UHGV virus genome: UHGV-0068970
Origin: a virus
Direction: 5' to 3' (one strand)
DNA: 17,470 nucleotides
Shown here in pieces: positions 1 through 7,791 of this stretch (its first letter is position 1; each line of letters starts with the position of its first letter). The notes under the pieces were generated by a model. It saw only the letters and a list, made by a program, of their open reading frames with translations, had not been told where the DNA came from and searched no databases. The position numbers and the translations under genes are program-made.

Positions 1-159
1 CTGAGCCTCAAGACGATCCTGAATGTAATAAGCGTTCATGGCTGAACTCCTGAAATAGCTGTGAAAATATCGCCCGCGAAATGCCGGGCTGATTAGGAAA
101 ACAGGAAAGGAGGTTAGTGAATGCTTTTGCTTGATCTCAGTTTCAGTATTAATATCCAT
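1..159 (-). CDS. gam: Gam (RecBCD inhibitor), N-terminal part only; gene continues beyond window start
   Basis: Reverse-complement translation from the ATG at 157-159 reads [16 protein letters not shown]..., continuing ...[23 protein letters not shown], which I recognise as lambda Gam. The internal ATG at 37-39 corresponds to the short-form start. Overlaps kil by 46 nt as in lambda. Confidence 0.85.
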   Translation of the reverse strand, partial: MDINTETEIKQKHSLTSFPVFLISPAFRGRYFHSYFRSSAMNAYYIQDRLEAQ

Positions 160-257
160 TTTTTATAAGCGTCGACGGCCTCACGAAACATCTTTTCATC
201 GCCAATAAAAGTGGCGATAGTGAATTTAGTCTGGATAGCCATAAGTGTTTGATCCAT
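114..257 (-). CDS. kil: Kil (host cell-division inhibitor), 47 aa
   Basis: Internal Met of the 114..383 minus ORF gives [47 protein letters not shown], recognisably lambda Kil. Start ATG at 255-257 (reverse). Overlaps cIII as in lambda. Confidence 0.85.
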   Translation of the reverse strand: MDQTLMAIQTKFTIATFIGDEKMFREAVDAYKKWILILKLRSSKSIH

Positions 258-390
258 TTTTTGGGACTCCTGGCTGATTAAGTATGTCGATAAGGCGTTT
301 CCATCCGTCACGTAATTTACGGGTGATTCGTTCAAGTAAAGATTCGGAAGGGCAGCCAGCAACAGGCCACCCTGCAATGGCATATTGCAT
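226..390 (-). CDS. cIII: cIII (FtsH protease inhibitor), 54 aa
   Basis: Reverse complement from 390 translates [54 protein letters not shown], recognisably lambda cIII. It is in a different frame from the 114..383 track ORF, so it is not listed there. Confidence 0.9.
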   Translation of the reverse strand: MQYAIAGWPVAGCPSESLLERITRKLRDGWKRLIDILNQPGVPKNGSNTYGYPD

Positions 391-462
391 GGTGTGCTCC
401 TTATTTATACATAACGAAAAACGCCTCGAGTGAAGCGTTATTGGTATGCGGTAACGCCGCGC

Positions 463-831
463 TCAGGCGGCTTTGATAGTCATATCATCTGAATCAAATA
501 TTCCTGATGTATCGATATCGGTAATTCTTATTCCTTCGCTACCATCCATTGGAGGCCATCCTTCCTGACCATTTCCATCATTCCAGTCGAACTCACACAC
601 AACACCATATGCATTTAAGTCGCTTGAAATTGCTATAAGCAGAGCATGTTGCGCCAGCATGATTAATACAGCATTTAATACAGAGCCGTGTTTATTGAGT
701 CGGTATTCAGAGTCTGACCAGAAATTATTAATCTGGTGAAGTTTTTCCTCTGTCATTACGTCATGGTCGATTTCAATTTCTATTGATGCTTTCCAGTCGT
801 AATCAATGATGTATTTTTTGATGTTTGACAT
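463..831 (-). CDS. ea10: Ea10 (lambda early protein, ssb-like), 122 aa
   Basis: Track ORF MSNIKKYIIDYDWKASIEIEIDHDVMTEEKLHQINNFWSD... recognised as lambda Ea10. GAGGA-type RBS upstream on the minus strand. Confidence 0.85.
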   Translation of the reverse strand: MSNIKKYIIDYDWKASIEIEIDHDVMTEEKLHQINNFWSDSEYRLNKHGSVLNAVLIMLAQHALLIAISSDLNAYGVVCEFDWNDGNGQEGWPPMDGSEGIRITDIDTSGIFDSDDMTIKAA

Positions 832-851
832 CTATTCATATCCTCACAGAT

Positions 852-878
852 AAAAAATCGCCCTCACATTGGAGGGCA
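852..878 (-). terminator. Putative rho-independent terminator (tL2-like) between sieB region and ea10
   Basis: Minus-strand hairpin GCCCTC-caatgt-GAGGGC (861-878) followed on the minus strand by a U-run (A-run at 852-857 on the plus strand). Confidence 0.4.
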
Positions 879-1091
879 AAGAAGATTTCCAATAATCAGA
901 ACAAGTCGGCTCCTGTTTAGTTACGAGCGACATTGCTCAGTGTATTCACTCGTTGGAATGAATACACAGTGCAGTGTTTATTAGTATGCCTGTCTTTTAA
1001 CCACATCAGGCTCGGTGGTTCTCGTGTACCCCTACAGCGAGAAATCGGATAAACTCTATTCACCCCTACAGAGAGCAAAAGAGAAACGCCG

Positions 1092-1673
1092 ATGAACAAC
1101 TCATGGTGGCAGGAACTAATGCATTTTTTCCTGCAAGGAATGACACTTAAACAGTTGATTCATATGCTAATCATCCTAATCATATTGATTATTGTTATGC
1201 CTGTAAGCGTAAAAGAATGGATAAACCTGCATAATCCAGAAATCCTTCCTCATTACTGGATGTATTACATCCTGTTGTTTTGCGTTAGCTATGTGCTTAA
1301 CGGCGTTGTTAATTCCGCTTATCACGCTGTGACTGAAAGAATTGAGATATTCGCTGCTCAGAAGCGCAAATCTAAAGAAGAGAAATACGTGCAAGATTTG
1401 TTTGATTCGTTAACTCTTGGAGAAAGAGCGTATTTGGCATTCGCTGTAGCCGCTAATAACCAGCTAAAGACAGAAAAGGGAAGCCCTGAAGCAATCTCAT
1501 TGCTCGAAAAAGGGCTTCTTATTCGGGTACCTTCTGCTACTGGATATCCTGAAATCGACCGTTTTGTTATCCCGGAACGCTATAGAAATGAGTGCTACAT
1601 TAGGTTTGCTGGGAAGAAAGACAGTCTTATGGATGAACTTATCGCTCAGGATAAGCATGGCAAAAACAAGTAA
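1092..1673 (+). CDS. sieB: SieB superinfection exclusion protein B (membrane protein), 193 aa
   Basis: Track ORF MNNSWWQELMHFFLQGMTLKQLIHMLIILIILIIVMPV... with a hydrophobic N-terminal segment. Rightward gene embedded in the leftward early operon, as for lambda sieB. Confidence 0.85.
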   Translation: MNNSWWQELMHFFLQGMTLKQLIHMLIILIILIIVMPVSVKEWINLHNPEILPHYWMYYILLFCVSYVLNGVVNSAYHAVTERIEIFAAQKRKSKEEKYVQDLFDSLTLGERAYLAFAVAANNQLKTEKGSPEAISLLEKGLLIRVPSATGYPEIDRFVIPERYRNECYIRFAGKKDSLMDELIAQDKHGKNK

Positions 1674-1689
1674 TTAGCAAATTAATTTA

Positions 1690-1962
1690 TCATCTCGCCG
1701 TCAGTTGTTTTGATTTCCGGTAGCCTGCCGCGTAAATGGCTACGTTTGGCAGGCAAATACTTCCACTGCATTCATCTGCCTTCTTGCAGCGAAGGCTTCC
1801 GAGTGATGCTGCTTTGTCTGCTCTGACGCAACCAGAGAGCTTTAGCGCAATTTTTCGCGCCAGTCGCTGTTCTTGCATTGCCTGCTCACGTTGAGCCTGT
1901 CTGCGTGCTCTGCGGCGATTTCTGGCGTTATCGTCAGCCAGATATGTAATGACTACTGCCAT
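1690..1962 (-). CDS. N: N-type transcription antiterminator (P22 gene 24-like), 90 aa
   Basis: N-terminal arginine-rich motif (NARNRRRARRQAQREQ) and C-terminus ...LPNVAIYAAGYRKSKQLTAR resembling P22 gp24. Position between nutL/pL and sieB. GGAGG RBS 5 nt upstream. Confidence 0.8.
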   Translation of the reverse strand: MAVVITYLADDNARNRRRARRQAQREQAMQEQRLARKIALKLSGCVRADKAASLGSLRCKKADECSGSICLPNVAIYAAGYRKSKQLTAR

Positions 1963-2070
1963 GTTGACCTCCGATGATTGACTTTGGCGGTGACGCGCCG
2001 GGTGCTTATCTTCCGGTTGCCGTCGTGCAGCTGCACTTCACGTCACCCCAAAGCCAACTACTCTTTGGTT

Positions 2071-2111
2071 CCCGCATTTCGGCGGGACAATCCCATCAAT
2101 GTTAAAGAGCC
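2071..2111 (-). promoter_or_regulatory. nutL site (boxA + boxB hairpin) on the leftward transcript
   Basis: Minus-strand reading GGCTCTTTAACA (boxA-like) followed 13 nt later by CCCGC-CGAAAT-GCGGG. The same boxA/boxB pair recurs on the plus strand downstream of cro at 3198-3240. Confidence 0.6.
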
Positions 2112-2156
2112 TGCCAATCTGTTCCGTTTGGCTACCAGCGTCCTGCCGATGACTTA

Positions 2157-2185
2157 AATTTAAGATTTCTTTAACTATTGGTCAA
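2157..2185 (-). promoter_or_regulatory. pL promoter with overlapping OL operator half-sites
   Basis: Minus strand: -35 TTGACC (2180-2185), 17-nt spacer, -10 TAAATT (2157-2162). Flanked by TTAAG/CTTAA operator-like repeats across 2150-2240. Confidence 0.5.
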
Positions 2186-2253
2186 GAGCGTTTTTGAAGA
2201 AAACTTAAATTTTGTTGCGAAGCTTAAGTTTTGCTTTGATTTTTAAAGGAAAG

Positions 2254-2274
2254 AAAAAAAGGGGCGAATGCCCC
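2254..2274 (-). terminator. Rho-independent terminator directly downstream of the repressor gene
   Basis: Hairpin GGGGC-gaat-GCCCC at 2261-2274 abutting the repressor stop (2275-2277), followed on the minus strand by a U-run (A-run 2254-2260 on plus). Confidence 0.5.
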
Positions 2275-2925
2275 TTATGGAAGGTTTGCTATTTTTGCAT
2301 CGACAACTACACCGATGATTTTGCAGTTCCCGTTGATCTCAATCATCGGATATTGTGGGTTAAGTGGTTTTAGAAACCTTCTGCCAGCATCAATAACTAA
2401 CTTCTTGAAAGTTGCCTCGTTTTCTCCTTCGAGCTTTGCCACTACCAGCTTCCCATTACGAGGTTCTACTTCAGGATCGACTAGTATTATCATCCCTTCC
2501 GGGATGCTAAGACCGGCTGGAGCCGTCATCGAATCACCCTTTACGTCCAGCCAAAACGAATCTTCTGAACAATCTACGGTTGTATCGTACCAGTTATCTA
2601 TTGCACGCTTATGATATGGCTCTACAGCTTCCATCCAACATCCTGCGCTTACCCAACTAATTAGAGGATACGAACCTCTTGGATCATGCCTGCTGTGATA
2701 GGCAATGTTTGAAAGACTATCTTCTCCTTTCAACAAGTAATCAGGGGAGCACTGTAAAGCCTTGGCTAAAGCCAATAGGTTTTCGCCATTGGGCTCAGTT
2801 TCAGAACGCTCCCATTGGGAAATAGCAACATTAGACACGCCAACCATCTTGCCAAGGGCAGCCTGCCTAATCTTAAGTTCTTTTCTGCGAGCGCGAATAC
2901 GCTCACCCATCAGTTGTGTATTCAT
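2275..2925 (-). CDS. c2: Prophage repressor, P22 c2-type (HTH + LexA-like S24 autopeptidase domain), 216 aa
   Basis: Track ORF MNTQLMGERIRARRKELKIRQAALGKMVGVSNVAISQWERSE...GDSMTAPAGLSIPEGMIILVD...KLANLP closely resembles P22 c2 as I recall it. Divergent from cro across an operator region. Confidence 0.9.
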   Translation of the reverse strand: MNTQLMGERIRARRKELKIRQAALGKMVGVSNVAISQWERSETEPNGENLLALAKALQCSPDYLLKGEDSLSNIAYHSRHDPRGSYPLISWVSAGCWMEAVEPYHKRAIDNWYDTTVDCSEDSFWLDVKGDSMTAPAGLSIPEGMIILVDPEVEPRNGKLVVAKLEGENEATFKKLVIDAGRRFLKPLNPQYPMIEINGNCKIIGVVVDAKIANLP

Positions 2926-2993
2926 AGTTAAGACATCTTAAATAAACTTGACTTAAGATTCCTTTGATAGATAATTTAAGTGTTCTTTAATTT
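2926..2993. promoter_or_regulatory. OR operator region with pR (rightward) and pRM (leftward)
   Basis: Three 18-bp TTAAG...CTTAA-type sites: perfect palindrome TTAAGACATCTTAA (about 2927-2944), ACTTAAGATTCCTTTGAT (about 2951-2968), ATTTAAGTGTTCTTTAAT (2974-2991). pR: -35 TTGACT 2948-2953, 17-nt spacer, -10 ATAATT 2971-2976. Confidence 0.6.
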
Positions 2994-3005
2994 CGGAGCG
3001 AGTCT

Positions 3006-3191
3006 ATGTACAAGAAAGATGTTATCGACCACTTCGGAACCCAGCGTGCGGTAGCTAAAGCGTTAGGCATTAGCGATGCAGCAGTCTCTCAGTGGAAGGA
3101 AGTCATCCCAGAGAAAGACGCCTATCGACTGGAAGTCGTTACAGCTGGCGCCCTGAAGTATCAAGAAAGTGCTTATCGCAAAGCGGCATAA
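3006..3191 (+). CDS. cro: Cro repressor, P22-type, 61 aa
   Basis: Track ORF MYKKDVIDHFGTQRAVAKALGISDAAVSQWKEVIPEKDAYRLEVVTAGALKYQESAYRKAA matches P22 Cro in my recollection. GGAG RBS at 2994-2997. Confidence 0.9.
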   Translation: MYKKDVIDHFGTQRAVAKALGISDAAVSQWKEVIPEKDAYRLEVVTAGALKYQESAYRKAA

Positions 3192-3197
3192 GCAAAT

Positions 3198-3240
3198 TGC
3201 TCTTTAACAGTCATGGTCCTTATTCCCGCCGAAATGCGGG
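3198..3240 (+). promoter_or_regulatory. nutR site (boxA + boxB hairpin)
   Basis: TGCTCTTTAACA (3198-3209) then CCCGC-CGAAAT-GCGGG (3225-3240): same boxA core and identical boxB hairpin as nutL. Confidence 0.6.
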
Positions 3241-3299
3241 AATACAACGCGCATCAGTTGGTGCGTATAACTTCTTATTTGTTAAGGAAATACTTACAT

Positions 3300-3578
3300 A
3301 TGCAACTTACAAGTACTCGCAAGAAAGCGAATGCAATCACAAGCAACATCCTGAATCGAATTGCTGTACGTGGTCAGCGAAAGGTTGCTGATGCATTAGG
3401 GATTAATGAATCGCAAATTTCGCGATGGAAAGACAGCTTTATCCCAAAGATGGCCATGCTTCTGGCTGTGCTGGAGTGGGGTGTTGAAGACGAGGAATTA
3501 GCAAAGCTAGCAAAGAAAGTAGCCATGGTGCTGACAAAAGAAAAGCCTCAAGACTGCTGCAACAGTTTTGAGGCCTGA
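3300..3578 (+). CDS. cII: cII-type lysogeny establishment activator (P22 c1-like), 92 aa
   Basis: From the internal ATG at 3300 (AAGGA RBS upstream): MQLTSTRKKANAITSNILNRIAVRGQRKVADALGINESQISRWKDSFIPKMAMLLAVLEWGVEDEELAKLAKKVA..., sharing the SQISRWK...IPK..MLLAVLEWGV core with lambda CII. The track ORF's 29 N-terminal residues cover nutR and are probably untranslated. Confidence 0.8.
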   Translation: MQLTSTRKKANAITSNILNRIAVRGQRKVADALGINESQISRWKDSFIPKMAMLLAVLEWGVEDEELAKLAKKVAMVLTKEKPQDCCNSFEA

Positions 3579-3605
3579 TGTAGAAAGACTGGATCAATCC
3601 ACAGG
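3536..3605 (-). ncRNA. oop: oop-like antisense RNA (pO promoter in O start region, terminator overlapping cII 3' end)
   Basis: Minus strand: -35 TTGAGT, 17-nt spacer, -10 CATAAT (plus 3610-3615). About 70 nt downstream, hairpin GCCTCAA...TTGAGGC followed by UUUUCUUUU (plus-strand A-run 3536-3545). Same architecture as lambda oop. Confidence 0.45.
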
Positions 3606-3612
3606 AGTCATT

Positions 3613-4512
3613 ATGACAAATACAGCAAAAATACTCAACTTCGGCAGAGGTAACTTTACCGGACAGGAGCGTAATGTGGCAGATCTCGATGATGGTTACG
3701 CCAGACTATCAAATATGCTGCTTGAGGCTTATTCAGGCGCAGATCTGACCAAGCGACAGTTTAAAGTGCTGCTTGCCATTCTGCGTAAAACCTATGGGTG
3801 GAATAAACCAATGGACAGAATCACCGATTCTCAACTTAGCGAGATTACAAAGTTACCTGTCAAACGGTGCAATGAAGCCAAGTTAGAACTCGTCAGAATG
3901 AATATTATCAAGCAGCAAGGCGGCATGTTTGGACCAAATAAAAACATCTCAGAATGGTGTATCCCTCAAAACGAGGGAAAATCCCCTAAAACGAGGGATA
4001 AAACATCCCTCAAATTGGGGGATTGCTATCCCTCAAAACAGGGGGACACAAAAGACACTATTACAAAAGAAAAAAGAAAAGATTATTCGTCCGAGAATTC
4101 TGGCGAATCCTCTGACCAGCCAGAAAACGATCTTTCTGTGGTTAAACCGGATGCTGCAATTCAGAGCGGCAGCAAGTGGGGGACAGCAGAAGACCTGACC
4201 GCCGCAGAGTGGATGTTTGACATGGTGAAGACCATCGCGCCATCAGCCAGAAAACCGAATTTTGCAGGGTGGGCTAACGATATCCGTCTGATGCGTGAAC
4301 GTGACGGCCGTAACCACCGCGACATGTGCGTGCTGTTCCGCTGGGCATGCCAGGACAACTTCTGGTCCGGTAACGTGCTAAGTCCGGCCAAACTCCGCGA
4401 CAAGTGGACCCAACTCGAAATCAACCGTAACAAGCAACAGGCTGGCGTGACAGCCGGAAAATCAAAACTCGACCTGACAAACACTGACTGGATTTACGGG
4501 GTGGATTTATGA
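3613..4512 (+). CDS. O: Replication initiator O (lambda-type), 299 aa
   Basis: From ATG 3613 (AGGAG RBS 3603-3607): MTNTAKILNFGRGNFTGQERNVADLDDGYARLSNMLLEAYSG..., recognisably lambda O. The track ORF starts upstream at 3568 (stop-to-stop extension). Confidence 0.9.
   Translation: MTNTAKILNFGRGNFTGQERNVADLDDGYARLSNMLLEAYSGADLTKRQFKVLLAILRKTYGWNKPMDRITDSQLSEITKLPVKRCNEAKLELVRMNIIKQQGGMFGPNKNISEWCIPQNEGKSPKTRDKTSLKLGDCYPSKQGDTKDTITKEKRKDYSSENSGESSDQPENDLSVVKPDAAIQSGSKWGTAEDLTAAEWMFDMVKTIAPSARKPNFAGWANDIRLMRERDGRNHRDMCVLFRWACQDNFWSGNVLSPAKLRDKWTQLEINRNKQQAGVTAGKSKLDLTNTDWIYGVDL
3961..4090. repeat. Phage origin of replication: four O-binding iterons plus adjacent A/T-rich unwinding region, inside the O gene
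   Basis: Iterons ATCCCTCAAAACGAGGGA (3961-3978), ATCCCCTAAAACGAGGGAT (3981-3999), CATCCCTCAAATTGGGGGAT (4003-4022), ATCCCTCAAAACAGGGGGAC (4028-4047), then an A-rich tract to about 4090. Confidence 0.8.
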
Positions 4513-5210
4513 AAAACATCGCCGCACAGATGATTAACTTTGACCGTGAGCAGATGCGTCGGATCGCTAACAACATGCCGGAACAGTACGACGAAAAGCC
4601 GCAGGTACAGCAGGTAGCGCAGATCATCAATGGTGTGTTCAGCCAGTTACTGGCAACTTTCCCGGCGAGCCTGGCTAACCGGGACCAGAACGAACTGAAC
4701 GAAATCCGCCGCCAGTGGGTTCTGGCTTTCCGGGAAAACGGGATCACCACAATGGAACAGGTTAACGCAGGAATGCGCGTAGCCCGTCGGCAGAATCGAC
4801 CATTCCTGCCATCACCCGGGCAGTTTGTCGCCTGGTGCCGGGAAGAAGCATCTGTTAACGCCGGGCTGCCAAACGTCAGCGAGCTGGTTGATATGGTTTA
4901 CGAGTATTGCCGGAAGCGTGGCCTGTATCCGGATGCAGAGTCTTATCCGTGGAAATCGAACGCGCATTACTGGTTGGTTACCAACTTGTACCAGAACATG
5001 CGGGCCAATGCGCTGACTGACGCGGAATTACGGCGCAAGGCTGCCGATGAACTGACCTGTATGACAGCGCGAATTAACCGTGGTGAGACGATACCTGAAC
5101 CAGTAAAACAACTTCCTGTTATGGGCGGTAGACCTCTAAATCGTGCACAGGCTCTGGCGAAGATCGCAGAAATTAAAGCTAAGTTCGGACTGAAAGGAGC
5201 AAGTGTATGA
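4509..5210 (+). CDS. P: Replication protein P (DnaB helicase loader), 233 aa
   Basis: Track ORF MKNIAAQMINFDREQMRRIANNMPEQYDEKPQVQQVAQIINGVFSQLL..., recognisably lambda P. ATGA overlap with the O stop. Confidence 0.9.
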   Translation: MKNIAAQMINFDREQMRRIANNMPEQYDEKPQVQQVAQIINGVFSQLLATFPASLANRDQNELNEIRRQWVLAFRENGITTMEQVNAGMRVARRQNRPFLPSPGQFVAWCREEASVNAGLPNVSELVDMVYEYCRKRGLYPDAESYPWKSNAHYWLVTNLYQNMRANALTDAELRRKAADELTCMTARINRGETIPEPVKQLPVMGGRPLNRAQALAKIAEIKAKFGLKGASV

Positions 5211-5509
5211 CGGGCAAAGAGGCAATTATTCATTACCTGGGGACGCATAAGAGCTTCTGTGCACAGGACGTTGCCGCGGTAACAGGCGCAACCGTAACCA
5301 GCATAAATCAGGCTGCGGCTAAAATGGCGCGGGCAGGAATCCTGGTCGTTGATGGTAAGGTCTGGCGAACGGTGTATTACCGGTTCGCTACCAGAGAAGA
5401 ACGGGAAGGAAAGGTGAGCACGAATCTGATTTTTAAGGAGTGTCGCCAGAGTGCCGCGATGAAACGGGTATTGAGGGTATATAAAAGAACATCAATGGGT
5501 ACACAATGA
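5207..5509 (+). CDS. ren: Ren (Rex exclusion resistance) protein, 100 aa
   Basis: Track ORF MTGKEAIIHYLGTHKSFCAQDVAAVTGATVTSINQAAAKMARAGILVVDGKVWRTVYYRFATREEREGK..., lambda Ren-like. ATGA overlap with the P stop. Confidence 0.85.
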   Translation: MTGKEAIIHYLGTHKSFCAQDVAAVTGATVTSINQAAAKMARAGILVVDGKVWRTVYYRFATREEREGKVSTNLIFKECRQSAAMKRVLRVYKRTSMGTQ

Positions 5510-5576
5510 TGAAACAGGTGAGTTGAGTTCAAACTGTAGTACAATTCTCTCCAGTTTGAACAGGAAAGAATATGTT

Positions 5577-5909
5577 ATGAACCCTTATATTTATCTTGGT
5601 GGTGCAATACTTGCAGAGGTCATTGGTACAACCTTAATGAAGTTTTCAGAAGGTTTTACACGGTTATGGCCATCTGTTGGTACAATTATTTGTTATTGTG
5701 CATCATTCTGGTTATTAGCTCAGACGCTGGCTTATATTCCTACAGGGATTGCTTATGCTATCTGGTCAGGAGTCGGTATTGTCCTGATTAGCTTACTATC
5801 ATGGGGGTTTTTCGGCCAACGGCTGGACCTGCCAGCCGTTATAGGCATGATGTTGATTTGTGCTGGTGTGTTGGTTATTAATTTATTGTCACGAAGCACA
5901 CCACATTAA
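5577..5909 (+). CDS. emrE: EmrE small multidrug resistance (SMR) efflux transporter, 110 aa
   Basis: From the internal ATG at 5577: MNPYIYLGGAILAEVIGTTLMKFSEGFTRLWPSVGTIICYCASFWLLAQTLAYIPTGIAYAIWSGVGIVLISLLSWGFFGQRLDLPA..., recognisably E. coli EmrE (four TM helices, conserved Glu at position 14). emrE is a known DLP12 cargo gene. Confidence 0.9.
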   Translation: MNPYIYLGGAILAEVIGTTLMKFSEGFTRLWPSVGTIICYCASFWLLAQTLAYIPTGIAYAIWSGVGIVLISLLSWGFFGQRLDLPAVIGMMLICAGVLVINLLSRSTPH

Positions 5910-6153
5910 AAATAATTTCTTTTAAAAGACTGAAATATGGCGGTTCATATCTTTACATGGGCCGCTTTTGTTAATGTTTTTAGTTTTTGTGTATTCTTTT
6001 GTGCCTTCAAGATTATTGCGTAAGCAAATTGCAATACGATTATTGTTGTATATTCAAAAGAATGTGATCGTAATTGTCTTTTTAAATAAAAATTAAACAA
6101 AAATTATATCTCACCACTAAGGTTTATAAAAGCATACGTTAGCAGGTGTCACC

Positions 6154-7680
6154 ATGAAAAAAGCCATAGCATATATGCGATTTTCATCACCAGGTCAGAT
6201 GTCTGGCGACTCATTAAACCGACAGAGAAGACTTATTGCTGAATGGTTAAAGGTAAATAGTGATTATTATCTTGATACCATAACATATGAAGATTTAGGA
6301 TTAAGTGCATTCAAAGGAAAGCATGCACAATCAGGAGCTTTTTCGGAATTTTTAGATGCTATAGAGCATGGTTATATATTGCCAGGAACTACATTGCTAG
6401 TTGAAAGTCTGGACAGACTTTCAAGAGAAAAAGTCGGTGAAGCGATTGAGCGTCTGAAATTGATTTTGAATCACGGTATTGATGTTATAACTCTTTGCGA
6501 TAATACAGTCTATAATATTGACTCTTTGAATGATCCATATTCATTAATAAAAGCCATACTTATAGCACAAAGGGCAAATGAAGAAAGCGAGATAAAGTCA
6601 AGTCGGGTTAAATTATCATGGAAGAAAAAACGGCAGGATGCACTGGAGTCAGGCACGATTATGACGGCGTCTTGTCCGAGATGGCTCTCATTGGATGACA
6701 AAAGAACAGCTTTTATTCCAGACCCCGACAGGGTGAAAACGATTGAGCTAATTTTTAAACTCAGGATGGAAAGGCGATCATTGAATGCAATAGCCAAGTA
6801 TTTAAATGATCATGCTGTAAAAAATTTCTCAGGAAAAGAAAGTGCATGGGGGCCTTCTGTAATTGAAAAATTATTAGCGAATAAAGCTCTGATAGGTATA
6901 TGCGTACCTTCATATCGTGCAAGAGGTAAAGGAATAAGTGAAATCGCTGGCTATTATCCCAGAGTCATATCAGATGATTTGTTTTACGCTGTGCAGGAAA
7001 TTCGGTTGGCACCTTTTGGTATTAGCAATAGTAGCAAAAATCCTATGTTGATAAATCTACTTCGAACAGTTATGAAGTGCGAGGCTTGTGGTAATACCAT
7101 GATTGTTCAGGCGGTATCTGGAAGTTTGCATGGCTATTATGTTTGTCCGATGAGAAGACTGCATCGATGTGGCAGGCCATCAATAAAGAGAAATTTGGTT
7201 GATTATAATATCATTAATGAGTTGCTTTTTAATTGTAGTAAAATCCAACCAGTTGAAAACAAGAAAGATGCTAATGAAACTTTAGAGTTAAAAATTATTG
7301 AGCTCCATATGAAAATTAATAATTTAATTGCTGCATTATCTGTTGCGCCTGAAGTTACCGCTATAGCAGAAAAAATCAGAGTATTAGATAAGGAATTACG
7401 AAGGGCTTCTGTATCATTAAAAACTTTGAAGAGTAAAGCGGTGAGCTCACTTGGTGATTTTCATGCTATTGACTTAACCAGTAAAAATGGGCGAGAGCTA
7501 TGTCGTACACTTGCCTATAAAACATTCGAAAAAATCATAATCAATACAGATAATAAAACCTGTGATATCTATTTTATGAATGGCATTGTTTTTAAACACT
7601 ATCCTTTAATGAAAACAATATCCGCCCAGCAGGCGATAAGTACTCTCAAATATATGGTTGATGGTGAGGTTTATTTTTGA
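6154..7680 (+). CDS. ybcK: Large serine recombinase (resolvase catalytic domain + recombinase domain + zinc ribbon), YbcK-like, 508 aa
   Basis: N-terminal AIAYMRFSSPGQ...SLNRQ resolvase-type motif, central recombinase region, Cys cluster CEACGNTM...YYVCPMRRLHRCG, coiled-coil tail. Matches my recollection of DLP12 YbcK. AT-rich relative to the flanking phage genes. Confidence 0.85.
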   Translation: MKKAIAYMRFSSPGQMSGDSLNRQRRLIAEWLKVNSDYYLDTITYEDLGLSAFKGKHAQSGAFSEFLDAIEHGYILPGTTLLVESLDRLSREKVGEAIERLKLILNHGIDVITLCDNTVYNIDSLNDPYSLIKAILIAQRANEESEIKSSRVKLSWKKKRQDALESGTIMTASCPRWLSLDDKRTAFIPDPDRVKTIELIFKLRMERRSLNAIAKYLNDHAVKNFSGKESAWGPSVIEKLLANKALIGICVPSYRARGKGISEIAGYYPRVISDDLFYAVQEIRLAPFGISNSSKNPMLINLLRTVMKCEACGNTMIVQAVSGSLHGYYVCPMRRLHRCGRPSIKRNLVDYNIINELLFNCSKIQPVENKKDANETLELKIIELHMKINNLIAALSVAPEVTAIAEKIRVLDKELRRASVSLKTLKSKAVSSLGDFHAIDLTSKNGRELCRTLAYKTFEKIIINTDNKTCDIYFMNGIVFKHYPLMKTISAQQAISTLKYMVDGEVYF

Positions 7681-7791
7681 GTAATAATCACTTTTTCAAC
7701 CGTGCTATAGTAAGAAAGTTAGGTAAGTACAATAAAATTATCTATCCTGAACGAAGCGTCCTGAGCTATGATTTTACTATAGGGACTGCCA

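Noticed and set aside
917-1099. 60-aa minus-strand ORF in the position where lambda ral would be
   Set aside because: Does not resemble Ral as I recall it, overlaps the sieB start, and lies across the direct repeats; likely a chance ORF in an intergenic region.
1176-1394. 72-aa minus-strand ORF
   Set aside because: Entirely antisense within sieB.
2315-2614. 99-aa plus-strand ORF
   Set aside because: Antisense inside the repressor gene.
3213-3299. N-terminal 29 codons of the track's 121-aa ORF
   Set aside because: They cover the nutR boxB hairpin. The internal ATG at 3300 has an RBS and gives a cII-sized protein.
3245-3299. Possible tR1 terminator between nutR and cII
   Set aside because: Only a weak hairpin with a G-U pair (GCGCA...TGCGT) and a T-rich tail. 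Lambda tR1 is rho-dependent and cannot be confirmed from sequence alone.
3092-3391. 99-aa plus-strand ORF
   Set aside because: Alternative frame overlapping cro, nutR and the cII start; the known genes explain this region.
3929-4198. 89-aa plus-strand ORF
   Set aside because: Alternative frame inside O, spanning the ori iterons.
4161-4750. Two minus-strand ORFs (107 and 109 aa)
   Set aside because: Antisense to O and P.
4825-5248. 63-aa plus and 93-aa minus ORFs
   Set aside because: Alternative frame and antisense within P/ren.
6510-6797. 95-aa minus-strand ORF
   Set aside because: Antisense inside the serine recombinase gene.
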